NCBI GenBank assembly: GCA_013239625.1
Contig: MU055574.1
Location: forward strand, 27,437,373 to 27,501,372
Direction of reading: 5' to 3'
DNA from: Lama guanicoe
Lineage: Eukaryota
Length of the DNA: 64,000 bases
The translations under genes and the position numbers were made by a program. The notes beneath the pieces are model-generated. The model did not search any database. It was given only the letters and a program-made list of their open reading frames with translations, and was not told the origin of the DNA. Below are positions 1 through 13,300 of this stretch, in pieces. Each line of letters starts with the position of its first letter. The first letter of the stretch is position 1.

Positions 1-900
1 AATATGTCTCAGTCTGAGTCTCTTTGAGTTCATCCTACCTGAAGTTCGGTGAGCTTCTTGGTTGTTTATATTCATGTATTCGTATTTGGGAATTCTCAGC
101 CATTATTTCTGCAAACATTTCCTCTGCCCCTTTCTCTCTCTTCTCCTTCTGGGACTGTCAGATGCATGTGCTGTTCCACCTCGTGGTCTTCCACAGGTAT
201 CTTAGGACTGTTAGCTTTTCTTTAATCTTTATTCTTTCTGTTCCTCAGACTCAATAATTCCCTTTGTCTGTCGTCACATTTGCTTATTCTTCCTTCTGAC
301 TGCTCAGATCTGCCTATGAATCCCTCTAATGAGTTTTTCACTTTGGTTATTATACTTTCAGTCCAGAATTTATTTGGGGGTTCTTTTTAGGTTTTCTATC
401 TTTTTACTGATATTTCCATTTTGTGAACGCAATGTTTTCTTGACTTTATCTACATCTTCCTTTAGTTCTTTGAGTTTATCTAAAACATTTGTTTTAAAGT
501 CTTTGTCTAATGTATCTGCCATTACATCTTTTTCAGGGACAGTTTCTGTTGAATTTTTTTTTCTTTGAATGGGCGTGATTTCCTTTTTCTCTGTCTGCTT
601 TTTTATTTTTTATTGAACCCTGGACATTTAAATTTAATAATGTGGTGACTCTGAAAATCAGATTTTCCCCTTCTCCCAGGGTTTGCTGGATTTTGTTATT
701 GTTTATTGTTTTTGCTTTTTGATTATGTTATAATATCTCTTTGCTAAAGATCAGCCTGAGGCATAAACTTAATGTCTTCTTCTGTTTTTTCTTAAACTTT
801 CCCTGGGCATGCATGAACTCTTTCTATTTTTCCCTGTATATACAGTCATTTTTTAATGTCCTAGTCTTTAATGTCTGGCTCCCAAAAGAGGGAAAAGCAA
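1..900 (-). mobile_element. Old L1M (ORF1/5' region, antisense); probably continues at ~1785-2110 after the young L1 insertion
   Basis: T-rich plus strand with antisense L1 ORF1-like motifs (aattctcagccattatttc, ctgctcagatctgc, tccctctaatgagtttttc). Confidence 0.75.
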
Positions 901-907
901 AAAATAA

Positions 908-1770
908 AAGGGAAAGCAATCAAAACTACAATGAGGTATCACCTCACACCAGTCAGAATGGCCATCATTCAAAAGTCCACAAACGATAGATGCTGGAGAG
1001 GCTGTGGAGAAAAGGGAACCCTCCTGCACTGCTGGTGGGAATGCAGTTTGCTGCAGCCACTGTGGAAAACAGTATGGAGATTCATCATAAGATTAGAAAC
1101 AAGCTTACCATATGACCCAGTAATCCCACTCCTGGGCATATATCCAGAAGGAACCCTACTTCAAAANNNNNNNNNNNNNNNNNNNNNNNNNNNNNNNNNN
1201 NNNNNNNNNNNNNNNNNNNNNNNNNNNNNNNNNNNNNNNNNNNNNNNNNNNNNNNNNNNNNNNNNNNNNNNNNNNNNNNNNNNNNNNNNNNNNNNNNNNN
1301 NNNNNNNNNNNNNNNNNNNNNNNTTGCAGCAATATGGATGTCCCTGGAGAATGTCATTCTAAGTGAAGTAAGCCAGAAAGAGAACGAAAAATACCATATG
1401 AGATCACACATATGTGGAAACTAAAAAAAAATGAACATAAATACAAAACAGAAACAGACTCATAGACATAGAATACAAACTTGTGGTTGCCAGGAGGATG
1501 GGAGGGTGGGAAGGGACAGACTGATATTTCAAAATTTGTAGATACTGACAGGCATATGTAGAATAGATAAACAAGATTATACTGTATAGCACAGGGAAAT
1601 ATATATACAAGATCTTGTGGTAGCTCACAGCAAAAAAAAATGTGACAGTGAGTATATGTATGTTCAGGTATAACTGAAAAATTGTACTCTACACTGGAAT
1701 TTGACACACCATTGTAAACTGACTATAACTCAGTAAAAAATGTTTAAAATAAATAAATAAATAAATAAAA
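908..1770 (+). mobile_element. Young 5'-truncated L1 (ORF2 C-terminus, 3'UTR and (TAAA)n tail), camelid-like; contains gap 1167-1323
   Basis: Translation [17 protein letters not shown]...[18 protein letters not shown]...[10 protein letters not shown]...[14 protein letters not shown] is L1 ORF2 C-terminus; the A-rich tail is at ~1745-1770. Confidence 0.95.
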
Positions 1771-2519
1771 TCCAAGTAAAAGGGGGGAGAAAAGGGGGGA
1801 ACAGGAGTGGGACTTTTAAATCCCCTGTCACTTCAGCTGGCGGGGTAGTGCTGTAGCAGTGGCAAGGAGGAGGGTGCAGCAATAATGGCACCCTCCTCCG
1901 TGTCGGTGCCTCTGTGATCAGAGCACAGATCTTTATGTTTGCAGGACAGGGTCCTTTTTGCCCACCCCCCTCCCCCCCCGGCTGGCTCCCACAAGCTGTG
2001 TATAAGCTGTTCCAGGAACACATGTATAGCTGCTGCCAGGGGCTGGGGCTGGGAGGTAGGTGGCTGCTCCTGTGGTAAGAGGTGGCACTGATCAAAAGTG
2101 ACTGCAGTTGATTGGCCAAGCCTTCCCCAGAAGCCTTCAACAGACTCCAGAGTTCCAAAATAGTGGTGATGGCCTTGTGGGTGTGTGCATATGTTCAAGC
2201 TCATCAAGATGTATGTATTAAATACATGCAACTTTTGTGCACCGATCAAACAGATCCTACCAGTGCAATTTTTGTCCAGGTGAGGAGACAGATTCCAGTT
2301 GTATCCTACTCTGCCATTTTCCTAGAGTCTTTTCAGAACAGTCTCTTAATGAAATAACACTGTACTTACTCATAAATGCAACTAGCATTCTTAGCAACAT
2401 CTTTTGTATCTGCTCTTTTGCAGAGAGTCTTAAACACAGCACATGTAGTGAACACATTCTTTCACTGGAATAACACCATCCGAATGCAGTAGAATTCTAT
2501 CACTCATAGAGAAATATTT

Positions 2520-2830
2520 TTGTTGCTGGTGCTCAGTGGGTATAAATTTGTGTCCAGCAAGACGAATTCGTTCTGGAGATGTGCTCTACAACTCAGTATC
2601 CATGGTGAATAAAGTGGTGCTGTATACTTTAAAATACGTCAGTAGGGAAGAGCTCATGTAAGTTTTCTTACCACCAGAACACCCGTGAGGGAATTTTTGG
2701 AGGCGATGGCCATGCTTAATACCTGCATTGTGGTGATGGCCTTGTGTGTGTATGCATATGTCCAAACTCATCAAGATGTATGTATTAAATATGTGCAACT
2801 TTTGTAGACCGATTTTACCTCAATCAAAAA
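2520..2830 (+). mobile_element. Old L1MC-like 3' end
   Basis: ttctggagatgtgctctacaac...gtgctgtatacttt...ttgtggtgatgg...aaactcatcaa...ttacctcaat. Confidence 0.7.
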
Positions 2831-3129
2831 CACTTCTGTATATTTGATATATGTCACAAATTAAAAGATTTTAATTAACTGAGAAATTTGAGTAAAAGAA
2901 ATAGTGCAACACCCAGTGGAGCAATGCCTCAAAATTCTGAGGGAAGCAAAGGGTGAAGTATGATGCCACAGGCAAGGTCATACATTCTCAAGTCTGTATG
3001 AATTCAGACAATTCAATAGTTTTTCAGTAGATCGAAAAGTCTTAGTGGTGAAATTTAGCCAAACAAGAAATGAATCAAAATTAATAACTCAAGGATGTAT
3101 TTACTGAAAAAAATCACTAGGCAGAATAA

Positions 3130-4895
3130 ACTCTAATTTGAATGCAGTCAAAGAGAATAGTTGATATTTGGAAGATGTCACTGAAGTATTCACCCAAAAC
3201 TCAACACTGGGTACCAGAGTTTTATATAAAAGACCAATTAAAGATAAGGACAAATTTTAGCATCTCACAGGTGTTCTAAAAGGAAGAATGGAACAAGAGT
3301 AGCAGGCAGCACTTGAGAAGAATCTTCTCGAACAGAAGGAAGGTATTAGTCCTCAGAACAAATGTGCACTTCATCCACTGAACAGGATACCTAGTGATGA
3401 TCACACCAAACACAATGTCAGGTAGCTGTGTAACAGCCAAGAGAACGAGAACATCTTAAAAGCTTCCAAAGAGAGAGGCATGTGACCACAGAGGAACTCC
3501 TGATACCAGACTAACCAGCAACAATGAATGTCAAAAGGTGATGAAATAACATCTGAAACATGCTTAGAGAAAATACCTGTCAGCTGGAAGACTTACACCT
3601 GTCATTTAAGAATCAGGGCAGAATAAACGTATTTTAGACCTTCAAAGACAAGGAACTGAGCAGCCAGAATCCTCACTAAAAAGAAGTTAAAGGTGTTTCA
3701 GCCAAATGGTAACTAAACCTGGAGAGATTCACGGGATGTGAGAAACAACTAAGTGCAGGAGACTGATTTTTTAAATTCGTTTAAGTTTTTAAAAAGTCTT
3801 TCATAAAAGTATATAAAAGTATATTTTTGCTTCAAGCAAGTAAAGCTAAATTCCTAGACAGTGGTAATAATTTGGAAAGAGAGATAGTCAGCGATAATTA
3901 CAACTTGTTGTTTTGGAGAAAAGGAGAGAAATACTGAATAATATTCTCCGAAGTTAGAAAAAAGCATAATTGATATATGCTTTTTAAAAAATGAATTTTT
4001 ATTTGCTATCCATGCAGTGAGCATCGGTAACAAATAAAAATAAAATACATTGTTTCAACCTAACAAATGAAGAAAAAGTAGAATGCAGAAAACCGTATTA
4101 AACCAGTAATTGGTAGAAATTTTGCAAAAGAGAGGGAACAATAGAAATCACAAAATGCAGGTTGTAAGTATGTCCAAGCACGTAGATAACCACATTAAGC
4201 ATAGCTGGGTTACAGGGGTTAAATTTTTCTTTTGAAAGATGGAGACTGTCGTGCTGGGGCTTTGAATTCCAGCTAATACTGTTCAGAGGGGCCACTCTTA
4301 AAATGAAAGAGTGAAACTGAAGTGGTGAGAAATGATAGACAGTGAAAGTATTCATCAGATGAGAGTTGTTATTGTAACAGCTGTTGAATAAAATTGAAGG
4401 CAGCAAAGATAACAGTGATCAGAAGAGGGACTGCGTGATAATGACAGAGAAATGCGTCACGCAGACCAAGCTGCCACGAACACGCGCGCAGCTGACAGCA
4501 CGGCCTAGAGAGGAGGCGAGAGGCCCCGAACTGCGGGGGGAGACGCACTAACTTGGCAGCAGTTTTCAACACTTTTTCAAGAGTGACAAACCGAAGTATG
4601 AGAATCATTAGGCATTACGTGGATTTTTAAAACATAATTAATAAATCGTTCAAATAATTACACATAGAAATCTGAACCCAACAAACAATGATCATATATT
4701 CTTTCCAAATAAATAGAAACCTTTACAGCGAGGTGCCACATACCCTGTCACAAAAGAACCCTTCACAGGTTTCAGGATATGAATTTCACAGACCTAAGTG
4801 ACCATAACCTACTGCACAGCCATGTGTGTGTGAGACGGAGCTGCAGCAGCATTTAGAGGGACGTTTGCAGCTATAAATACACTCACCAGAAGGAA
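3130..4895 (+). mobile_element. Ancient L1M remnants (ORF1-like and ORF2 endonuclease-like segments)
   Basis: A-rich plus strand; aaaagcttccaaagagagagg, gcaacaatgaatgtcaaaagg and gcagcatttagagggacgtttgcagctataaatac resemble L1 ORF1/ORF2. No intact ORF. Confidence 0.6.
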
Positions 4896-4904
4896 GAAGG
4901 CTAG

Positions 4905-5010
4905 AAGGCATGTGCGTGTGGGCACATGTGGGGGCACTGCATGTGGGCTCGTGTGGGGGCACGTGGAGGGGGGATGTGTGGGCTTGTGTGTAGGGACACG
5001 TGTGTGTGTG
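4905..5010. repeat. Degenerate TG/G-rich simple repeat
   Basis: Repeated gtgtgggggcac-like units. Confidence 0.7.
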
Positions 5011-6859
5011 CTCTGTCTAACTGGAGACCAAGCTGTGCCATGTGGGTCCTATTTTCCCCCCTCCACCAGCTGCAGCAAACAGACCATTCATCTTTAATCT
5101 TTCATCCTGGGCTCTGCAGCCATCCTTTGGGCATCCTTTGGGCCTCTGCCGAGCATCCAGAGCCAGAGCCAAGAGGAAGGTAAGTGGCTGCCCTGACACT
5201 ACGCACCTGCCCCACACACCTGGCTACTGGCACATTTGCGGATTTCTGACTTTGGAGGCAAGCTGAGGGGACAGCAGAACTTCCGTCCTGCCTGCCCCTC
5301 CCAGGTCTAAAGGAAAACCCCTTCCCGTGCTGAGCAGCCACACAGAGCACAGTGCGAGGGGGCAGAGGGCATCACCGGACCCAGGCGTGGGCTCCCAGGG
5401 AGGGGTGGGAAGAGGGGGAGAAGCATGGCCAGGGAGGCGCAGGGACGTGGTGCAAGCACATCCCATCACACACGCTCCATGGCTGAGTCCATGTGTCACG
5501 CAGCACAGCCCTGTGAGCTGGCTCTGCGGCCAGTGGCAGCGGCCTGCTCCTCTAATGAGGAGGCGGAAGCCTGGCGATGAGCAGGCCCTCCAGGCTGCAA
5601 ACGTCCAGCAGTGGAGTCAGCTGCGGACCCGGAAGCTCTGAGTTTCAACCCAAAGAAGTCACTGCCTCTTTACTTGGCATTTTGTGTGGCCCAGCTCTCT
5701 GCTGATGGGACACATTGGCCAGGCTCCCTCCTTGGGGCCCGCAGCTGTTCTAGGAACTGGGAGATGGACTCCAGATGACCCTAATGCATCCCTGTCCTGG
5801 GGTCTGCTTCGACTCCGTCCCTGGGGTCAGGACACCAGCGCTCCTGACAGCGCATTTTTAGGTGGGCTCTACAAAGGCAGCTCCAGGCGCCCTCCCAGAT
5901 CCCGTTCTCTGACTTCACCGCCGGCCTCCCCTTCATGTGTCGGGGCTGGGGGCAGGTTCAGCTTTCCCCGTGCACTCCCTTCCCGTGGACGTTTGCTCCA
6001 CACGCCAGTCCCTGGAGACAGACTCAGTCCTCGCTGCTGAAGCAGGAGCTCAGCTGTTACCGACATCGCAAACAGATCGCTTTTTCCAGGGAATCTTGGG
6101 CCACAAGGAAAACAGAGCAAAACAGACCCACACCCCGGCTCCCACCCAGGAAGCTGTCACGCCCCACCTGGGCTTCCTGTGGCCCTTGGTCGTGACAGGA
6201 GTGTGGAAATGCCGGGATTCAGTCCGTCCCCTGGAGACAAGGGATCTAGTTAATATTTGGGGGAAACTGAGCCCAAGAGTGCGGCCGCTCAAGTTGTCGG
6301 ACCCCCATAGGCAGGAGGGGCTGCAGCCCCAAAGGGGGCCCCAGCGGCCAGGCCAGGCGGTGGGCTGTGCTCCCCTACCCCCTCCCCGGCTTGTGGCTGA
6401 GGAGCCTGTGGCCTCGTGGGAGCGTCTTCACCGCACCTCCGCGTGGAGACGCCTAGAGGGCAGCAGGGCGAATCTCGCGTGAGCCTGGACCTCATGACAG
6501 GCCCACAGCATCCTCTCCTCAGCTGTGGTCGCCATGTCTGAGGGCAGACCTGCGCCTAACCAGAAAATGAGCCGGTGTACGACCTCTCTCCGAGGACACG
6601 AGAGGTTCTGGGTGCTCAGCTGTGTGCAGGAGCGCGGGGACAGCCGGTCCGCAGGGCACGGAGAGTTGCTGTGCCTCCCGGCCATCAGCCCAGGTACCCG
6701 TGCTGCCATTACTCTGCTTCGGGCTTATAATTATCTTAATTCTACCCACATTTTATTGGAAATGTCCTTGCCTCTGAAGTCCTGCAGCCTGTAATCTTAG
6801 ACAAGAAGTGCGGGACGTGACAGAGAGGACTCTGGGTCGACGACAGCCGTGGCGGGGGC

Positions 6860-6990
6860 TTCAGTACTTGGATTCCAGAGCTGAACCACCATGATTCAAA
6901 TCCCAGGTCTGCTGCTCACAAACTGGTGATGAGACGCTTGATTTCAGCTCTTCTAGCCTTGGTTACTCCTCTCCGAATGGACACGTGACA
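6860..6990 (+). mobile_element. MIR SINE fragment
   Basis: gattcaaatcccaggtctgctgctcac...tctagccttggttactcctctccgaatgg resembles the MIR core. Confidence 0.6.
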
Positions 6991-9900
6991 GCTCCTCCCT
7001 GGTGGGGTTGCCGCAGAGACTGAGCGAGCCACGGTTTGAGGGTACCTGGGCAGGTGTCTGTTAGGCAAACAGGATGTGACTGGCTCCCTGAGACTTCCAG
7101 TCCCTGGAAGCAAGATGCTGCAAGGCCCTTCCTCTTAGAGAAGGGGCTGCGGGAAGAGTCTAGCAGGGAGACTGGACCAGGTGGAGGTGCCCTCACGCTG
7201 CAGCTGGGGAGGCTCAGAGCAGGGCCAGTCCCATGGGCTGACGGGGAGGCTAAACTTGGCTTCCCCTGGCTCCCTGAGTGGTCCGGGGGTCGCGGGGGGC
7301 TGAGCTCCAGGTCCTGAACGTTCCTCGGACTCCAGCATGACTTGAGTGTTGCTTGGTGGGGAGTGAGAAACGGTGACTCCCCCCACCTCTGCCACGGTGT
7401 GTCATTTCAGCTCAAGAGCTCTGTGATGGCACAGCCAGGACCCTGAAGTCCCCCACAGGGCACAAAGGACATGGAGCCCGAGAACATGGGTCAGATGCCC
7501 ACCACGACGGCCAGCTTCCTCTAGCCCCGGGGACGGCAGCTGGCAGAGCAACACGGCACCTTCCCCTTGGGGAGGAGCGGGTTGTGCGCGTGTAATCGCA
7601 CAACCAGGCTGGTTCCTGGGAGGAGAGCTGCCAATAGCCCCAGGGATGTTGTGACTTCCTGCCTGGCAGTTCCTGGGGGCTGTCGGACACTGAGCGGCCC
7701 TGAACTGAGGACATGTGTTCTGGAACTAGGCAGCCTGGCCCGGGGGAGGGAGAAGCTCGGGGGAACAGGAGGTGCTGGAGCCCGAGACTTCAGGGATCCC
7801 CAGGGGGGTCTTCAACCCTCAAATGTTTCACTGGGCTGTGGTCATCAGGGATCTGCTATGGTCATGTCCTCTCCTACCGCCGAGGCCAGAACAAGGGCCA
7901 ACAGAGTTCTGTTGAAGATGGGCCGAGGTCTCGGGGGCGTCCGGTGCGCATGTGCCTGGGCGACCGGCTGATGCATGGGCTTGTTGTCGGGGCTTGGGTA
8001 GCACGTGCTTCTCTTTTGTCTAATCGAGGCGAAGTGCACGACTTTACACATGATGACATGCGAGTCAGAACCAACACTAGGAGTACGTGTGCATCTTATT
8101 CAGACCAGCTGAAAATCATTGGAAACTTACTGCTTTGAAAGCAGAGTCCGCTCTAGAGAGCACCACGAACGAACCACTGGGACCGTGTCCCTGTGTCACT
8201 CACACCCCAGTTAAGGAGACAGAAGCAGAAAGAACGTGTGAGGTTCCGGACAGAAGCAGGGAATGAGGAGGTCACTTTGGGTCAGGGTCATCTGACCTGA
8301 TTTGGGTTGGCAGCCTGGGACCAAGGTTGGGGCACTCCCAGCAGAGAGAAAGCAGTGAGGACAGTCCCAGGGTCACACGGCGCTGGCGGGAGACTGGAGA
8401 GCACAGCCGAAGGGAGGGTCTGGGTGCCCGGCCACAGCGGGCCTGCCAGGAGCCCGCAGGGGGTCACTGTGGTGCCCTCTGCTTTAGGGGGCGATGGCGT
8501 GGATGGCGGCATCGTCTGGAAGGGAGAGAGGCCGAAACCAGAAGGCTGGCTCCAAGCAGGTGTGCTGAGGGCTGATCTGGGCAGGGGACAGGGGCCGTTC
8601 CCGGGAGGCTCCACCTGTGGGCGATCAGATGTGGAAGATAGAAAACCCATGTGGAGATAGGTCCAAATTTTCAAATTCGCCAAAGTTTCGACATCACTAC
8701 TGTAAGCCGTGTATCTCCTCACCGTGGACAAACTTACTCTTCTTATTTGAGGCTTATAATTAACACCAATCTCGAGTCAGAGTGTCTTACCCGAATTCCA
8801 GTGTCCACGCTCTGGCTGCAAGGCCTCCAGCCTCAAGTCCCAGCTTTGTCAGGAAGAGCGCCGGACCCTCAGACCGGGCCAGTCAGGGCTCGAAAGCAGC
8901 CGGCAGGGGCCCTTCTCTCTGGCCTCCGCAGCCCCTGCCTGTCTGGGGGCGGACTGGCAGAGCCCATGCAGGGTTTTGGTGGGCGCTGCCCCCCCAGTCC
9001 CCCCCCACCTGAGACAGCTCGGCTCAGCGTCCCGCCACGGGTACGGCCCCAGCACCTCGTACAAGAACCAGCTGAGCAGCGGCGCCAGACGGGATGGCCC
9101 AGAGGGGTGGGAGGCTGGGCTTCTGACCTCACACGTCGTGTGAGCTGGTTGAAGGGTCCAGACAGGAGTCCGGTGGCTCAGGTGACACACACGTCCTAGA
9201 GAGGAAGGCTCTCCCCGCTGGAGAAGTCAGTCCCCACAGGCTTCCTGGAGGAAGTCCTTTTGGAATTGGAGCTGGAGAAGGGGCAACAGAGATGCTGAGG
9301 GAGGGACGGCCTCCAGGTCTGAGTCAGGGCCAGAACACACGGCACCAAAGGGGCGAGAAACCATGGAGGAGCGGGTTCCCAGGGCGGGCCCCCAGGAGCA
9401 GTGTTCCCACCAGGTCACTGGTGGGACATCAGGGGATGGGAGCGGGACGGTCCTGTAAACAGAGGCGGGCGTGAGTGATGGGGTCGCCTGGGGGGACAGG
9501 AAGCAGGCGTCAGAGACACCTCTTCCCTTGGGCTTTTCCTGGGACAACGTGTGCCTCGCTCCCCTCTCCCGCCGAGACTTGGAGAAACACCCAAAAAGCC
9601 GGACGCCCTATCGGTCCTCAAGGGACGGTCTATCCCTCACCACGCTGAGACGTGCAAATCAATGAGATGTGCGCTTGGCAGGGCGAAGGGGGACAGCACG
9701 CGAACCTGACTTCTTTGTACACGAGCATTGTCGGGTGCCTGGGCTCACGTTGCTGTCACTTTCAGTCTCATGACGGCTCAAGCGCGTCACCTCCACTGCT
9801 CTTGCGTCCTTGGCTTGGCTCCTGTGGGCCCGAAGTTTCAAGGCTAATGAATAGGACAGGTGAGATTTAGCCCAAGTAAGCTGATTCTGCAGCATGTCTC

Positions 9901-10189
9901 TGCCCACCCGACCCCACGGCTCTATGTTGGGTTAGGGCCTGTCCACGAGCATCGTGGCTGAGGCCTGATGAGGAAGATGGGGACAAAGGGCCCACTGCCG
10001 CCATGCTTGCCAGCCCCCCACCCCAACCCGCACTGCGGCTCGGCTGATGGCAGTCTTCACGCAGACATGCTGCACCCGATGGGCCTCGGGCAGCAAGACT
10101 GTGGAGCGTCAGAGAGGTGCCTGCTTCTCTCAACAGTCACTGCCTTTCCCCACCTGGCAGAGTCACAGCAACACGAGCTTCTCTTTGGG

Positions 10190-10350
10190 GGCACTTTTCA
10201 CACTTTACTTTCTTAAGTGATTATTTGATCAAGGTCTGTCTCTCGCAGGAGACTCTAGCCTCCATTTGGCAAAGACCATGTCTGGGTTCGCTGCCCACTG
10301 CGCACCAGCGACTTGCACAGTTACGTTGCTTGGTAAACGCTTGCAGGAGG
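10190..10350 (+). mobile_element. L2 3'-end fragment
   Basis: gtctgtctctc...gactctagcctccat...gaccatgtctg...gcacag...ttggtaaacgcttg resembles the L2 3' end. Confidence 0.55.
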
Positions 10351-13300
10351 AGGAATGACGGCCCAGGGTGGAGAGACCGGAGACCCCAGTGGTTGGAAAG
10401 CTCACTGCTGGGGGCAGGGGAGGGAGGTGGAGACGCCCCGTGGGTGCAGGATGGCGGGTACCCTGGGGCATCTCTACAAAGGCTGTACACAACCTCGAGA
10501 AAGGAGGGAAGACTCGTGACACAGCCATGCAAGGGAGAGCAGGTGTGCAGAGGCCAGGCTGGGGCCTCTCAGAAAAAAAGGACACAGCCACCCAGGCCAG
10601 CGAAGGGCCAAATGGCCGGACCCTGGGAAGACAGAAGGAATGTCATGGAGGCAGGACCCCTCGGGATAATTCGGTGTCAAGAAATCCGAGGCCACCGAGA
10701 TGGAGAGCAGCTGTGTGGACTGGTTCACGTGTGTTTTCAGTCTGGCTGGTTGTGATTTTGTTTCAGAAATAGATGCGTCACATGTAACAACCTGCCCCTC
10801 GCTCTTTAGCATTCTCTTAGGTTTTCAGGAAAACAGTGTTTGGACTTGTCGCTCAGGACCAGAGGAGACCCAGTGGGGAGGCCAGTGCTCCTGAGAGGGG
10901 GCAGCCCAAGGACAGTGAGGGGTGGGCAGGGCCGCTCCTCCCAGCAGCGCAGGGCCAGTTTTCCGGACCGTCTGGCCCGGGTTCTCCATGTGGAGGCCCC
11001 TGACCCACAGCCTGAATGCTCGTATCAGGGCAGGGGCGGAAGACGTAGGGAATAGACTCTGGGCTGCCTCTCAGATGTGCTTCCCCAGCCCTCTGCAGCC
11101 CTCCAGCTCCAGGGGAGGCGGGCAGGAGGGCCATGCTGTGTCCACACACCCCAAAGACGGCCCGGGGAGACATGCCTCTCCAGACCCCACCCTCGTTCCT
11201 CATTAACACAGAGTTCAGCTGGGGGGGCGGCCATAGTGGATGGGGGGCCGCAGTGGATGGGGCCCAAAGCACTGGCGGCCACAGCTGAGGACACTGCTCG
11301 GGGTCTAACCAGGCTAAGCTGGTGGCCAAGCCCACGGCCGACAGCTCTGACCCCAGGGGCTGTGACCCCCAGGGGCCGTGACCCCCACGGCATCGGCACC
11401 ACTGCCAGCGCAGGATGACTCAAACGAGAGGGGCCTTCGCCAGGACCACAGCTGTCCTCCCGTGGCCGCCCTCCACCAGCCCAGCCTAGCCGCCTGCAGA
11501 CTGAGCCCAGCCTGTACCCCACCTGCCCCGTCTTCCCTGCATGAGCACTTCAGCCTGTGGGCCCCTAATTAGAGCGGATTAAAGTTCTGGAGCAGAGACC
11601 GTGCTTAATGAAGCCATGCTGGCTCCTGCGAGGTGCCAGGGCTGCTTGCCTGTGCCCTTCCTGGCACTTTGCACAGAAGGCAGCCACCTGTCCCTGCCCT
11701 CTGCCACATGTAGGGACCGCCAGGTGAGGCTCCTCACACCTCCCCGGCTCCACACCATCCCATTGCCCCGGGCCACCCCCACGTGACCCCTCACTCCGTC
11801 CCCACGAGGGGCGACCTCATCTGGGTAAAGTGGCTGGGGTAGGCATTCCAGACCTTCCACCCTGGTTAGGCCCAGGCATGTGGCCACACCTTCACACCTT
11901 TGCTGCTTCAGAAGCGTGCCTGGGAGGGGCCCAGGCGAAGGCCCGTGGGGAAGTCCGCGTGGGCCGGGCGGTGAGCTGGAGACGGCGCCAGACAAGGAGA
12001 GGTGCCCCGGTCGCTCCTGACATGCCACACCCTCCCAGAGGCTAGGCAGAGCTGGGAGCCCACGCAGGAGGGCCGTGGACCCCAGGAGGAACAAGTGGTC
12101 TAGCCTCTGTCCATGCAACCAGTGTCACGTGTCGTCTGTAGTGTTTCTTACCGGGGGCCTGTCTGCAGTCAGTGCAGGGGTCAGGGCAGCACTGGGCTGC
12201 TGGCCCTTCCAGGGGCATCTCTCAGGCTGTCCTGCACGATCGAGGGGCATGCACCCAGCAGAGCCCCCCTCCACCCAGCTCTAGACCTGCTGCCCACGCA
12301 GCTGCTCCCACGCAGGAAAGGCCTCTGAGCCCCAGGGACCCTGAGCGGCTCTGGCTGAGACAGTCACTCACCGTACTGACCGCCCCTGCCCTCCAGGTCT
12401 GGGCATGGGGTTGACACAAGTCTGCGCCTGCTTCTGGGTAGGCATCCAACTCTGCCCTCTGCCCTGCATTCCTGGCCTTGCCTGCAGCCCCAAATTCCTG
12501 CCGTGCTGGAGGCAGGGTGTTCTCAGTGAAGGCACATAGCTCAGGAATTCGCCCCCTCACCTGGCCTGTCCCGGCCTGAGCCCGCAGCCTGCGGGGCGAG
12601 CACAAGCCCCGTCTGCACAGCAGGCCGAGGCTGGGACTCAGGCAGGGAAGTCCCTGGGCTACAGGCCGTCAGCTCCTGCCCCCAGGAGGCCCGGTGGCAG
12701 CCCTCTCTGGACACCAAACGAGGGACGGAGATCGTCTTCCACACAGGGCTTCTGGAGAGGGAGTGGCTCACAAGTGCTGGGAGGGACGGGACGCCCCTTG
12801 GGTTGTCTCTCCGGAGCCCAGAGCACTTCACCTCCAGGTGTTTGCAGCCAAAGCCTGCGGAATGCTGGCGGCCACAGGAATGTTATCTGCTGGGAGGGGC
12901 CCCAGGTTACACGAAGCAATCTAGCTGTGCAAAAGTACAGCCTCCAAAATCAGCATGTTCGGAAGGAAGGCAGCTGAGGAGAGAGACGTTACTGCTAACT
13001 GCTCTTTAAAGCGCGAGCCGCTCCCTCCCTCTGGGCTCCCAGGGGCAGGAGGCTCCCTGGTTGAAACAGGCGTGTTTACTCCACACGCGGTTCTTGGGGA
13101 GACACCCTGCACCCTGCACCCTGCGGGGCAGCGCCCTGGGCTCACTCCAGAGAGCAGCGCTGAGGCAAAGTGGATCTGTACACAGTCTCCTTAAATGACT
13201 GACTTTGTAAACAGGTTTCTTTCTGTTCTGTTATCACCTTTCTGCAAAGGGAGGGTGGGCCTCCTAGGGTGTCCTAGACCGGATTTCTCCCAGCCAGCCA

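Noticed and set aside
871-1362. 163-aa ORF as a functional gene
   Set aside because: It is a 5'-truncated L1 ORF2 remnant extended across an N gap.
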